A stretch of DNA of 63,979 nucleotides, filler included, from Lenisia limosa (Eukaryota > Protista > Breviatea): assembly GCA_001655205.1 (NCBI GenBank). It is 5 parts of 5 records of this genome, joined end to end, with 100 filler letters (N's around TTAATTAATTAA, not from the genome) between each part and the next. Parts side by side here need not be neighbours in the genome. Positions count along the whole stretch, not along the records: positions 29,210 to 43,504 come from LPNZ01006445.1; positions 43,605 to 52,842 come from LPNZ01003321.1; 3 more parts are not named here. One strand, written 5' to 3'. Below the pieces are notes generated by a model. It saw only the letters and a program-made list of their open reading frames with translations. It was not told where the DNA came from and searched no databases. Positions 36,108-47,639 of this stretch are shown here, piece by piece (the first letter of the stretch is position 1; every line of letters begins with the position of its first letter). The translations under genes and the position numbers were made by a program.

Positions 36108-37905
36108 ATGGTGCGACATTCCAAGGGAAACAGGACACGGCCATTCTTCACCTATGAAGGTTTGCCATGCTGAGCTGCTCTGACATCTTCAGAAAAGCGA
36201 GACCTTGGCTATGGAACGAAGAAGATGAGAGTCATTGGGGGTGGTGTGAAGGATGTTGACGCATGTGGGCTCTGCCTTCTCCCTGCAAGAACGCCCCTTG
36301 TCTGGTTGCTGGGCATGGAAGGGATGCGAAATGCTGAATATGGTTCCTTCAGTTATGACGTTGTAGCCCTGACGGGCACCTTTACTGCAAGGAGTGCATA
36401 TACGACTGTTTGCTGCAGCAGAAGCAGGAGACCAAGAGACAGAACATTATTGTCGAGAGGCAGGAGGCAAGGCTCAAGGTTGGCTTGTGTCCTGTTGGCA
36501 ACATTCTTTGATGAACCCAAATCACCAATCTCACCCCCCAAGGCAGAAGAAGAGGCAATGGAGGTGGCTACGGATAAAACAAAAAAAGACAGGTTTGAAA
36601 ATGGTTATCTTTCTTCCTGTCCCAAAAATAGTTTTAAGTCTTAGGCACCACCCTTCTCAAATTTGTGAGCAATTTTGAACATTTCAGGTTCCATGCCCGT
36701 GAGACCACGATCATGGTACACGACGTGCCTGATACCCTGCTGACAAGAGAAGAGAGTAAGACCTTCATCTATCTTGTTGTACTCTAATGTAATATGAAGT
36801 ATGATATGATTTTTTTTTTTCCTTTCCATTGTTTACAGGCTTACATCTTTAGGGGAAAAGCGTAGATCACTGAAAAGAGCCTTGGAAAAGGATGTAAGTG
36901 GCTTGTTGAAAGCTAAAGTTTCCAGCCATTTCATCCCTATTTGGCTTACCCTCGCAGATTGAAGATAAGACTATTCATAATGACTGGATTGTTGAACACA
37001 CACCCCAGGTGAGAGCATTATTTCATAGTATTATTTATGAGACTCTTCAATTAGAATTACCAAAATAATAACATTAATAATCTTGGGAAACAAATTAATA
37101 TATACTCTAAGAATACCATAAAAACATTCACAAGTGTTTGAACAACTATTCGGCTTTCTTTCCACAAAAACTAACCCCAAAGGCCAAAGAAACTGTTTTG
37201 AAGAAGAAGAAAGATGTCACAATGTGCCCCGAAGGCAGCCATCCTCTCAAGTACGTTTGAGAGATAAATTGATGCGATGTACGGATTCCTGACCACATCA
37301 GGCTAAAGCACCTCACGCCAGTCTCATTCACAGCAGCCCCCGGCATGGATGACATTGACCCCAATGCGGTTCACACGGGAAGGTTCGGTCAAGGCTTCTG
37401 TGTTATGGCCCCTGACCTTTCAGGTTTATGTGTGCTTCTTGCAGCAAGCAATTGAGTAACGGGCCTAAGGTGCGTGACACAAATTTAACAACCTTATCAT
37501 TTCCACACATGCTATTTGTCGTTTTTCTTCCAGGCAAGGATTGTTTTTATCTACTTTCCGTGTTGCATTTCTGGACATGACAACGTTTTAGGCTGTTGTT
37601 TTGAAACGCTGTGGAGACGTCATATGCGGAGAATGTCACACCAGGTGGAGAGGGCAAATGTCTATTGAGCTTTACACATCCTTTGTCTGAGTTAACCACA
37701 ACAGATTTGTAATGAAGGATATGATTTGCCCGAAATGCGAAATCCGTGCAGGCTCTGAAGACATTATCCACTTACAAGCTGGAGGTAGGCTGGGGGAGGG
37801 GGTCCAGACAGTGCGCAGCAGCTGACTCATGTTTCAGGTACCTCATTCGCAGCCCACAATAGGGTGGAGTCTGAGAGTAAGGTCACCCCTGCGTTTGTTT
37901 GTTAG
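36108..37905 (+). CDS. NOSIP: Nitric oxide synthase-interacting protein homolog (RING/U-box spliceosomal E3 ligase)
   Basis: MVRHSKGNRTRPFFTYEEKRDLGYGT...VKDVDACGLCLLPARTP...PDGHLYCKECIYDCLLQQK...WIVEHTPQ...CPEGSHPLKLKHLTPVSF...DIIHLQAGGTSFA...TPAFVC*. Confidence 0.93.
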
Positions 37906-38221
37906 AGACGGGTAGATACATTGCAGCATAGTTTTTGGAAGGAAGGAGTGGGAGAGACCAGGCCAAAATGAGGAAGATCAAAGATAACAACTGAAGCCCT
38001 ACATCAACGGGTCTGTCTCTCATTGTCATGGGACTCTTGCTCACATGGGTTTCCTGTGCTTATTCTCTATCAAGACAGGAGAATGTAGGATATGATAGAA
38101 TACGCCAAAACGGTGACACCAGTATAATTACCAGTATATTGCATATATCCAAATGCCTAAATCAAACAACTAAAAAGAAGCCTCGCCTCTTCAAAAACGG
38201 AAACAGAGAAACAGAATATAA

Positions 38222-41200
38222 CTAAAGGTCCCAGTGGGCAATTTCGTAGTCCAACTTGAGGTCGAAAGGGAACTCGGCTGGATGGGTTACTGCAATCCCC
38301 AGGAAGAAAAGTCCTTTGGTGAAGGAGGATGATGGTGTTGGGATTGGCCTACTGAGGGGGAGGAGGGCGTCGACAACCATTCGCCGAGCTTCGTCGATGC
38401 AGGTGTAGGACAGAGGCTCAAACCATTTCAGCACTGAAATGTTAACAAGGTCACTGCATCAAAGGGAAGGTGTTTCAGGACAGTCTCAAATTGACCAACC
38501 CATATCTTCCCGCATGGACATGCAGTTGAACCACGCGTGTAGCATTGAGGAGTTGAGACCGAAACAAACCTAGAGTATTAGCGTATTTGAGGTTTACTTA
38601 TTTCCAATCTCAGCGTTCCTTGGAGAGAGCCGGAACCTACCCAGGCCCTGAACTTGACATCAGGCTTCTTTCGCATCTCCTCAATCGATTCAATGGCAGT
38701 CACAGCTAAAGCGTCAGAATAAAACAATACCAAATATACCGTGAGCAAAGGACTGTTCCGTTTTGGTGTCTCGCACTGTCAGTGTATTCTACAAAGTCAG
38801 CCACAAGTAACAGGGTTAATGACATGAGTACTATGAGGGAGTTGGAGAGCAGAATCTTACAAATACTATGAAGGGATGCTAGTACAAATACTATGAAGGG
38901 ATGAGTGCATTGAAACTCACCGCGAATTGGAGCAAAAAGTCCCATATATGGTGGCGGCCGAAGAGCTTGAAGGACTTGTAGCCGCTTAAAAGAATCTGGG
39001 CAATAATGGGTTTTGTGATGAATGTGGAGATAGCCAATGGATTATACAATTACAATAAACAATTCTCCCGATTCAAAAACACTTCGGATACCGCCCCCTG
39101 GCAACCTGGGCAACCGCAGTGCTAAGGTCACGACGTACAAGCGCAACAATCGTCTAATATATCAGGGACAGGTTCATGCAACACCATGACAATAGTAATT
39201 TAGGGATGCATACCTTATTGGTTTGGTCACTTCCGAGAGCACACTTTGAGGCTTCATCGTCGCCAGCACTGAAATGAATTGATACCTGTTTTCGTTATTA
39301 CCACTTTGTGGTGGGGACAACTTCGAAAAAAGAGACATCACTGAACAGTCTTGTATTAATTGATTCGCAATGCAAACCTTTTGAATGATCTGGGTGAGAT
39401 GCTCGAGAGCTGCTCCGCCGTTGGGCAGTCGCACCCGAACCGGTCTCACTTCTGTGGGGTGAGGACTTTTAGATGATGAAAGAACAGCATCGAAAGTGAA
39501 ACGAATAATATCGAGATCGACGGCGAATATGGCGGAAAGGTGAAATGAATGAGGTTAGGCTAACTGACCGTTCTTGACTGGGGGAGCAAGAGATGCTAAC
39601 AGCGACATTGCGTTGACGGATGATTCCGGTGACGCACGCGGTGGCGGGGCTATGTGCGTTAGCCAGGACGGATAAAGCACCAGTAAACATCGACAACATC
39701 ATCAACGGCCTACGTGGAGCAGCACGCAGTTTGAGGGAGGCAGGGGAGGGAGGGGGTGCGGTGTCACGGGTCTGTGTGGGTCTTCTGGGGGGTACCTGGA
39801 GAGTTAAAAGAGATCTGAACTTGAGAGACAGAGCAACGTCGGAGAACATACGCGTACCTTGTGTTTGTCATGCGGCCGCGGCACAATAGTTCCACCCACT
39901 CCCGTCACAATGCGCATCTTCGCCGATTCTGCTGGAATGTGCGTTTGCATCTTGACAACTTGGGCCTAAAATCAGTAAACGCGTCTTCTCGCTATTGCTA
40001 CGCTGGTGACGGCCTTACCTGGAGGCTTGCTACCTTCGTTTCGAGCTCCATTCGGTGCTTCGCCTTGGGGGTCAGCCAATTAATCGGAGAAAAGAGGAAC
40101 CCAAATTCTGGGGTTGAAAAGGAAATGAGAAGAACAGACCTCGGATTCTGCACGGCTGTGCTCGCGGCGGTTCTCCAGCTCCAATGTCCGGATGCGCGCT
40201 GAACATTAATACCACCGACATCCTTTTGGAAAGTGCATCTATCTTGAAGGCCCAAGCGTACCGTCGTTCTGCTCCTGGAGAGCCTCCAAAGCATCAACTC
40301 GGTCGAGGAGGGTGGAGAGGTTGGCATCCATGCGTGTCACCAGGTTGATCAGGTTGATGTTAACCGAAGTTTGTGTCACGCTGGGGTAAAGGTTTGAAGT
40401 TGATTAGAAAGCATTTCATTTCAACGAACACCAAGGCAGAGGGTAAACTGTACATGATTTGCCCACTTTTCTCCTGCGGGTGCGGGGCTGGCTGGCCTCT
40501 GAGCTTCTGTCACCTGGGCACTTGGTGAAGATGCGGCACGCATTTGGGCCAATTCAAGCTCCTTACGTTCATTTTCAAGCTGGAATCCGTAAATTAATCT
40601 TTAACATAGTAGGTAGGTATAACAGTTGTGAGATTGCAGCTTGTTGCACCAGTACCATACCTGTAATGCCTTCTGTTTCAGTTTCTCAGTTTCCGCCTTC
40701 TTCATGGCTTCTCTGTCCCTTCTCAACTGCTCACGTTGCCGCTCCTAATAATGTCACTCAAAAATCCGCAGAAATGTCACATAATATTCAACATTACAAG
40801 GGAAAATGAGAAAAAACAAAAGAGATATCTCAGAATTCAAGCGAAAGTGCCCCATTAGGATTAATAAAGAAGGCGAGCCATGGCCCGCCCACTCTCTCGG
40901 CCTTCTGTTCCTCAGCAAGACGGATTCTCTCTTCCCTCTTCTCAATCAGGATGGGACCGTACTTCTTCAAAGCCAGGAAGCGACGGCCACATGCCTAATA
41001 TGGTAAGTATATGTGATGTGTATAATAATTCTCAAAAACACACATTCAAGATATGAGATACTCCAACAAAATTAAGGGTTGTGATAATTGAAAATTTCCA
41101 ATTCGTTTGACCTTTGACCAACCTGTGTGGTAATCACGTTCTCGTAATCAGCCTGGTAGCTCTTGCGTTGTGCGTACATGCGCCAAACTGACTGAATGCG

Positions 41201-43390
41201 CCGGGCTAATTTCGTAACAAACAGTAAGCTTTAGATCCTATAACTTCTAATACCTAAAATTGCAATAGAAAACCAAGCAACAATAGAACATAATATATTC
41301 AGTATTTAATACATGAGGAACCAACCTGCAAACATCCTCCTGATTCTTCGAGCCATTTTGACCCACGTTGCACTGATGAGGAAGACTTGAACCGCAAACG
41401 AATGAAAACGTTTTAGCGCCTGTTAAGTGAAAATGCACCAAGCAACAACAATGTCATCCTCCCCCCCCCCCTCCCCCAACCTGGATCTGCCTGATCTTCC
41501 TGGCGAATCTCAGGTTGCATCTGACAGTCCAAATAGCCCGCTTGAAGCGTTTCCGTGCCAGCCACTTCTTGACCTGTAGAGCGTAATGAGAGAGAATGGG
41601 AACATTTGTGAACAAAAAAAAAACAGGCCCAAATCAACTCTATTGGCTGAAAACACACGAGGGCTGAGAACAACANNNNNNNNNNNNNNNNNNNNNNNNN
41701 NNNNNNNNNNNNNNNNNNNNTGAAAACAAACACGTACAGTCATGTAGTGAATAATATAAGAAAAAAAAAGAGGCCTCAAAGAACCAGGTGCAGAAGTATG
41801 ATGATCAACCCATAAACCTTGACGATGATATCAGGCGCACGGCTCTTGTACTCCGAACCAGTCAGATTGTCGAGAAAGGCTAGACGCCCGGCCCTGAAGT
41901 ATCACGTGCAAGGTTCGCTTAGGGTGAGCGTGGGCAGGCTTCATAGATTCACAATTGATTTAGAGACTTAGAGTTATTTTCAGTAAACAGAGGGTTAACA
42001 CCAAAAATCTCCCCCTCAAACCTGAAGAAGATTCGAGTGATACCAAGTTGGAAGTCAGACTTGGGAACATCTAGTATTCAGATAAATCGCATGAAATAAA
42101 TCCCACAAAAAAAACACATTATGTAGTAGCGTGTGTATCATAACATCTCTCTCATTTGTTACTTTCATCCTATTTGCCTTCATACCTAGAGCCATAAGAA
42201 GGGCCTCGCTGAACGAAACAGAGTCCAAATTGGCCACATAGTCTGGCATGAGGGAGCGGTACCGGTCGCATAAGTCGTCGTAGGGGCAGCGTGTGGGGTA
42301 TCCTGTGAGGTCAATGGTTCAGGGGAAGCTGGTCCTTATATCACCTATCAAATATGAAATTGAAGACTCAAAAACTCCCCAGCTACCTATTCAGTAAAGA
42401 TCCCCCCCCCCCCNNNNNNNNNNNNNNNNNNNNNNNNNNNNNNNNNNNNNNNNNNNNNNNNNNNNNNNNNNNNNNNNNNNNNNNNNNNNNNNNNNNNNNN
42501 NNNNNNNNCAGAACAGTGACCCCTGAAAAGAGTTAGATGGTCAGTTCATTCGGCGGCATCAGCGAACCGTCAACAAATTGCGAGCTCTGCGATGGGTTGG
42601 GGTTGATGCACCGGATAAAGTGGCTCTGTGTTTCCGACAACCGTGTCATCAGGGTCTTGAGTTGCGCTGAGAACTTGGCCGATACCGAAGAAAACTTTCC
42701 TTTCATGTTAAATCAAACAAGTTGATTTTTGACTCTTGAGACCCAGGCCAACCCCCCCCCCCCNNNNNNNNNNNNNNNNNNNNNNNNNNNNNNNNNNNNN
42801 NNNNNNNNNNNNNNNNNNNNNNNNNNNNNNNNNNNNNNNNNNNNGGTATCCTCCTCTTTGGGAAAGAATGATGCCAGCATTTCATTGTTGCTTTGCGTTA
42901 CAATATCCAAAAGGTCTAAGAAGTTATTATTTCCGTCTCATGTACTATTATCATATCAAAAATAAAGGCATCGTAGGACCCCCACCAGGAAGAAGTGAGT
43001 CGTTGTTCTTCTCAATAATACCTGTTGAAGCATCGTACCTGTCACAGTAAAACAGAAGGTTTGAACGTGCTGAAATACAGTTATTGGTTTCTAACCCCAC
43101 CCACACAACATCGCCAGCGAAATGGCGCACCACAAAGCCCTCGTCATCTTGGAGGCGACGCTGCTTAAGACCCCTTTGCTTCTACAGTGGGTAAGTTTTG
43201 AAAGAGGATTTTCATTATATCTGTTGCACCTGAAATCCAATTTAAATATCCTATCTTTGAAAAAAAATGGGTCAAAGAGGAAACACAAGGCAATGTAATA
43301 TATGACGTAGGAGGGCAACCATGCCCACTTTAAGTCTTCTAGGCGCCATGAGACGCTCGTGTCTTCCATGTGAGGCAAATATCTGTAAAT
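38222..43390 (-). CDS. Myosin heavy chain (myosin-VI-like motor end, IQ, coiled coil, Pro-rich segment, C-terminal RUN domain); 5'-truncated at linker
   Basis: FVVRHFAGDV, IEKNNDSL, SVSAKFSAQLKTLM...HFIRCINPN, GYPTRCPYDDL...FQLGITRIFFRAGRLAFLD, IQ motif IQSVWRMYAQRK. RUN-like LVRRDLSTAVAQILLSGYKSFKLFGRHHIWDF...KFRAWVCFGLNSSMLHAW...LDYEIAHWDL*. Confidence 0.9.
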
Positions 43391-43605
43391 CAGAAACGTG
43401 CCTTATGTGTCATGTCATACAGTAGTAGGGAATACGATATGATATTTTATGTATTATTTTAAAAAATGTATACTATATCATATCATATGATATCATATAT
43501 TATANNNNNNNNNNNNNNNNNNNNNNNNNNNNNNNNNNNNNNNNNNNNTTAATTAATTAANNNNNNNNNNNNNNNNNNNNNNNNNNNNNNNNNNNNNNNN
43601 NNNNT

Positions 43606-46600
43606 TTAGATTCGCGTTGAAGCGTTTATTGGAGGTCTGCATATCGATGATGACCGTGTGCGAGCAAAAAGATGCCACATTGTTGTGGCTACCCCAGGCC
43701 GGCTCAAGGATCTGATCAAGAGGCACTTCCTGTCAATGGAGAATGTCGGGCTGCTTGTTATCGATGAGGCGGATAAGACACTCGAGGAGTCATTTCTTCC
43801 TGACATCAAGTACGCCAGCTTCAAAACAGCTTTATTTCACATTGTAAAGGCCAATCAGCCACTCATCCATTTTGGAGCTATTCTTGCCTCCTTTACCAGG
43901 CCTGAGACTTTTTCAACTGTCACATTTATAACACTTTTAAGAGCTATTGTGGAACCACTCCTTGAATATGTACAGCTTGTTGCTACAAGTGCCACGTTTT
44001 CTGATCCGATTTTGGAGGTATTCACTTGATTTCTATTTCAATAATATTGCACTTCTCTCTTTTATCATTATTTGGATGAGATGGAGTCTTGATTTGATAC
44101 TTTTCTAATTCTCTTATCTTCAGACCATATTATGGATAGTTGTAAAGGATCGAGGGAGATAGGCTTATTTGACAAATGATTTTGAGGATGCCATTTACGC
44201 GTGTTCCCTTAAAATGTATTTTACAGTTTTAGATTTTGAAGAATTGGATGAGAGAGGATATGAAAGAGGTGTTCCTTGATTTTGAACGCCCAACTCTCTT
44301 CGGTTTGAAATGATATTTTTTATTACTCAATGAATAATATAATCCTTTTTTTTTCACCCAATTACACATTCAAAAGGTTACACTATGATTTTTTTTTTTG
44401 ATTGTTGGCTCATAGATATTTTTCACAGATTATTTGTTTGAAAGTGATGAAAATAGAGAACATATCTAAAGTGTATTGAATATGAGAAATGTAATGATTA
44501 TGTCGATGTATCGTGTAAAGCCATTACAACCATTTTATTTATATTACAATGATCCTAGGTGTGAAGCAGTACTCGCATAGAATTGAAGGGGCAAAAGCAG
44601 TTGATGTTTGGAAGAACAAAGAAAATGCCATTCTGAAGATTCTGGGAGGAACCCCCTTCAACCAATGCATTATTTTCTGTAACCAGCGCAATAAGGGGGA
44701 GGTATGCGATTGTCGTTTTGAAATTGAAACCGAAGCTTCTGTCCTTGTTATGATTTCCTTCTTGTCCAAAAAGCCTAAAGGTTCATTTAGATAATCTTTA
44801 TATTGTTGTTTCAATTGAAACTTGAATCATAACTGCTATAGAACCTTGCAACAATGCTTGATGACCAGGGTTATGCTTCAGCCTACATCTCAGGAACGCA
44901 AAGACAGGTCTGAGTGGGGCTAAATACGAAAGATGGAGACCCAATATTTGGGATATTAAAAGGCCTAATAAAATATCTCCAGTTTTCGAGTACTGAAGTG
45001 AATCCCTCAGCTTTTCACGACACAGGCCACACGCTCGCAACATGTGGAAGATATGCGGTCTTTTGAACTACGCGTCCTCATCAGTACCGACTTGGTATAC
45101 AAAATAGTGTTGCACTCTATTCTTTTCCAATCATTGTAGCTACTCTAACATGACATTGCCCAAGGGTCCTTCTAACTTGGGCTTCTTCCAATATTGCCTC
45201 TTTCTTTTGAAATACTTTACAATACGCTCCAAATTGTATACTTTTTCGAGCTGAGGAGCACCCTCCTGCATCTAAGTCATTGTCACTTTTGTAGACATCA
45301 AGAGGCTTGGATATTGAGCGAATTAATTTGGGTAGGAGGCTTTTTATGATAACTTTTTGGAGATTCTCTTGAAATATTCTTTTTAATAAACTTATGATCT
45401 GATAATATTTCGCCTTATTTTTACAAACCTAAGAGACATTTTAACTCTAGTCATCAACACCGACATTCCTCCTGATGGTGAAACGTATTTGCATCGTGTT
45501 GGAAGAACAGGCAGATTTGGTGGGTGGTGACTGAGACCGCCAAAGCATTTATACATTCAGTTTTTCTATTTTGAAGATTCACTCTACCCATGACTTTCAT
45601 CAGCATTACGATCTAATTTGATTTTAACTTTGCACCCAGGTACCCATGGAGCTGCTGTCACTTTAGTTGCCCAGTCCGACTTGGATACCTTCAACAAGTT
45701 CACTTCTAAATATGACATCGATGTAAGGAATATTATTCTTGGCTAATCGACTAGATTGAAGATTTGCCTGCTGATTTGAGAATTCCAGCCCATATACTTG
45801 ACTCTTTAGTTTGTTCAAAGAAAGATCAAGAAGGTTTGTGTTGTTGTCAAAACTCAACATGTTCTGGAAATATCAATATTTAGCTGGAGATTGATGGAAT
45901 AAAAACCATGAGCATGTATCATTCTTCAACGTTTTGCCAATCTACCAGGAACCTTAAATGAGAACTACTATTCCTCAATACATCGATATCACTGACTTTT
46001 TTGGGCAATACATTTAGTGATTTATTATCAATTTATTTTTTTGCTAACATTTGTTACTCCACCATCATGACTGTTTAGCGCTGGACCTTCACAGGCGAGT
46101 AAGAACCGAGGCAGTTGAGGATATTCGCCAGGCTAGGGAGGAGCTGATACCCGATACGTTCGAGATCGAAGACCATACCGTGAGCCCTGGTCCTGTTTCA
46201 AACCTCTGACACCTCTTTCCATCCATGTTTAACCTGCAGTCTACAAAATGGACCGTAGGAATATGATGATGATTTATGCTTCTTTGTATCTGTGTAATGA
46301 ATGATATCAGAGACCGGGATAAGTCTTGACCTAATTTCCTTGGGAAATCACAGCAAAACGGTCAAGAGTCACTCTATACTGAGAAGAGTTACAGAAGCAA
46401 GTATTTACTCCTTATTATGTTCAATCCTTCATTCATTTGAGTAGAACACACAAGGGCAATATGCCGCCGCGGTGGCTACACCATGGGCCTCCATATCCCA
46501 TGAGGAAGCGGAGAAAGTCTTCGCCCCGGCAGCCGATATTCGATTTCAGAACCCCCTTGCTGATGTGGGTTTGTAAATACATATGCAAGTTACCTTTTTT

Positions 46601-47567
46601 GGAGATTATTCTGAGTGTTGCTGGTTTCTTTTATTATTAATTTTTACCTCCCAGTCCAACCAAGGCACAATTGAGGTTGAGGAAGACTTCCCTGATGGTG
46701 ATGATCTTCTATTAGAAGAACCACAAGAGACCCCTCCCAGCCTCCCCAGCATCTCCACTCCACAAGGCCAAAGAGAGGCAAGAGCATCGTTGAAGAGAAG
46801 CGCCATTTCGCCTTCAGAACCCTTGTCCCATCAGCGCCCTGCGGAATACCCGGGGATGTACTCCCCATGCTTGTCCTCTCAGGCTGAGCTCCATGTTAGT
46901 GGTTCTGGATATTGATTTTTGAAGAGATCACAAAGATCCGGTGATATGATTTTTACACTCTGAATGGATCAAAACTAAGCTTTGTGTTGCTGTCATTGTG
47001 GTATTATGATTATTTTATCCTTTTTATTGTGTAGCATGGGCATTCTCCCGTCTACCCGCCTGTGTATCACTATCCGTACCACCCCCACTCCTACTGCCCG
47101 CCGTCCCCCTATGCCGCACCCCATCTTTCCCACATCCCTCCCCCTNNNNNNNNNNNNNNNNNNNNNNNNNNNNNNNNNNNNNNNNNNNNNNNNNNNNNNN
47201 NNAGAAAAGGCCTCGTCCGCAAAACCTGTAGGAGGGCGTATGAAATATTAATAGGTTTTCACTTTGGTTCGAGAAAAAATTGAATTTCCGGATATATCAT
47301 CGAAAACTATCGATACTTTCCCAGACTTTTTCGTACCGAAGTGAAGCCCTATAATTAAACCAGCAAAAACTCAATAAACAGGTGGATGCTGCAGAGTTTG
47401 TCGATATTTTTACCTGTTCAACAGCACCCCTGAAAACACCCAATTATTCTGAGTTTTATTGTTATTGTTTTTTTTTATTATTATTATTTAGTGGGGATGT
47501 CATCAGCAGAGACTTCCAACTAGGCTTCCTCCATGGCTGGGCTGAGGCCAGTAAATATGGTCAGTAG
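43606..47567 (+). CDS. DDX20: DEAD-box RNA helicase DDX20/Gemin3; 5'-truncated at linker, 3' end approximate
   Basis: FIGG, [85 protein letters not shown]. The tail is Pro/Tyr/His-rich. Confidence 0.88.
47252..47351. mobile_element. MITE family A, copy 5
   Basis: taggttttcactttggttcgagaaaa...ttttcgtaccgaagtgaagcccta. Confidence 0.82.
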
Positions 47568-47639
47568 GTTTTTGTTTGCTTTCTTATATGGTATTGATGA
47601 TATTGTTTTTTTTGAAAAGGTTGTACCTTTTGCTTAGAT

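Noticed and set aside
38222-43390. Class I myosin or a FYVE-domain tail
   Set aside because: No TH1 or SH3 domain was found. The converter region is myosin-VI-like, the WxxD-like stretch lacks FYVE cysteines, and the tail fits RUN.
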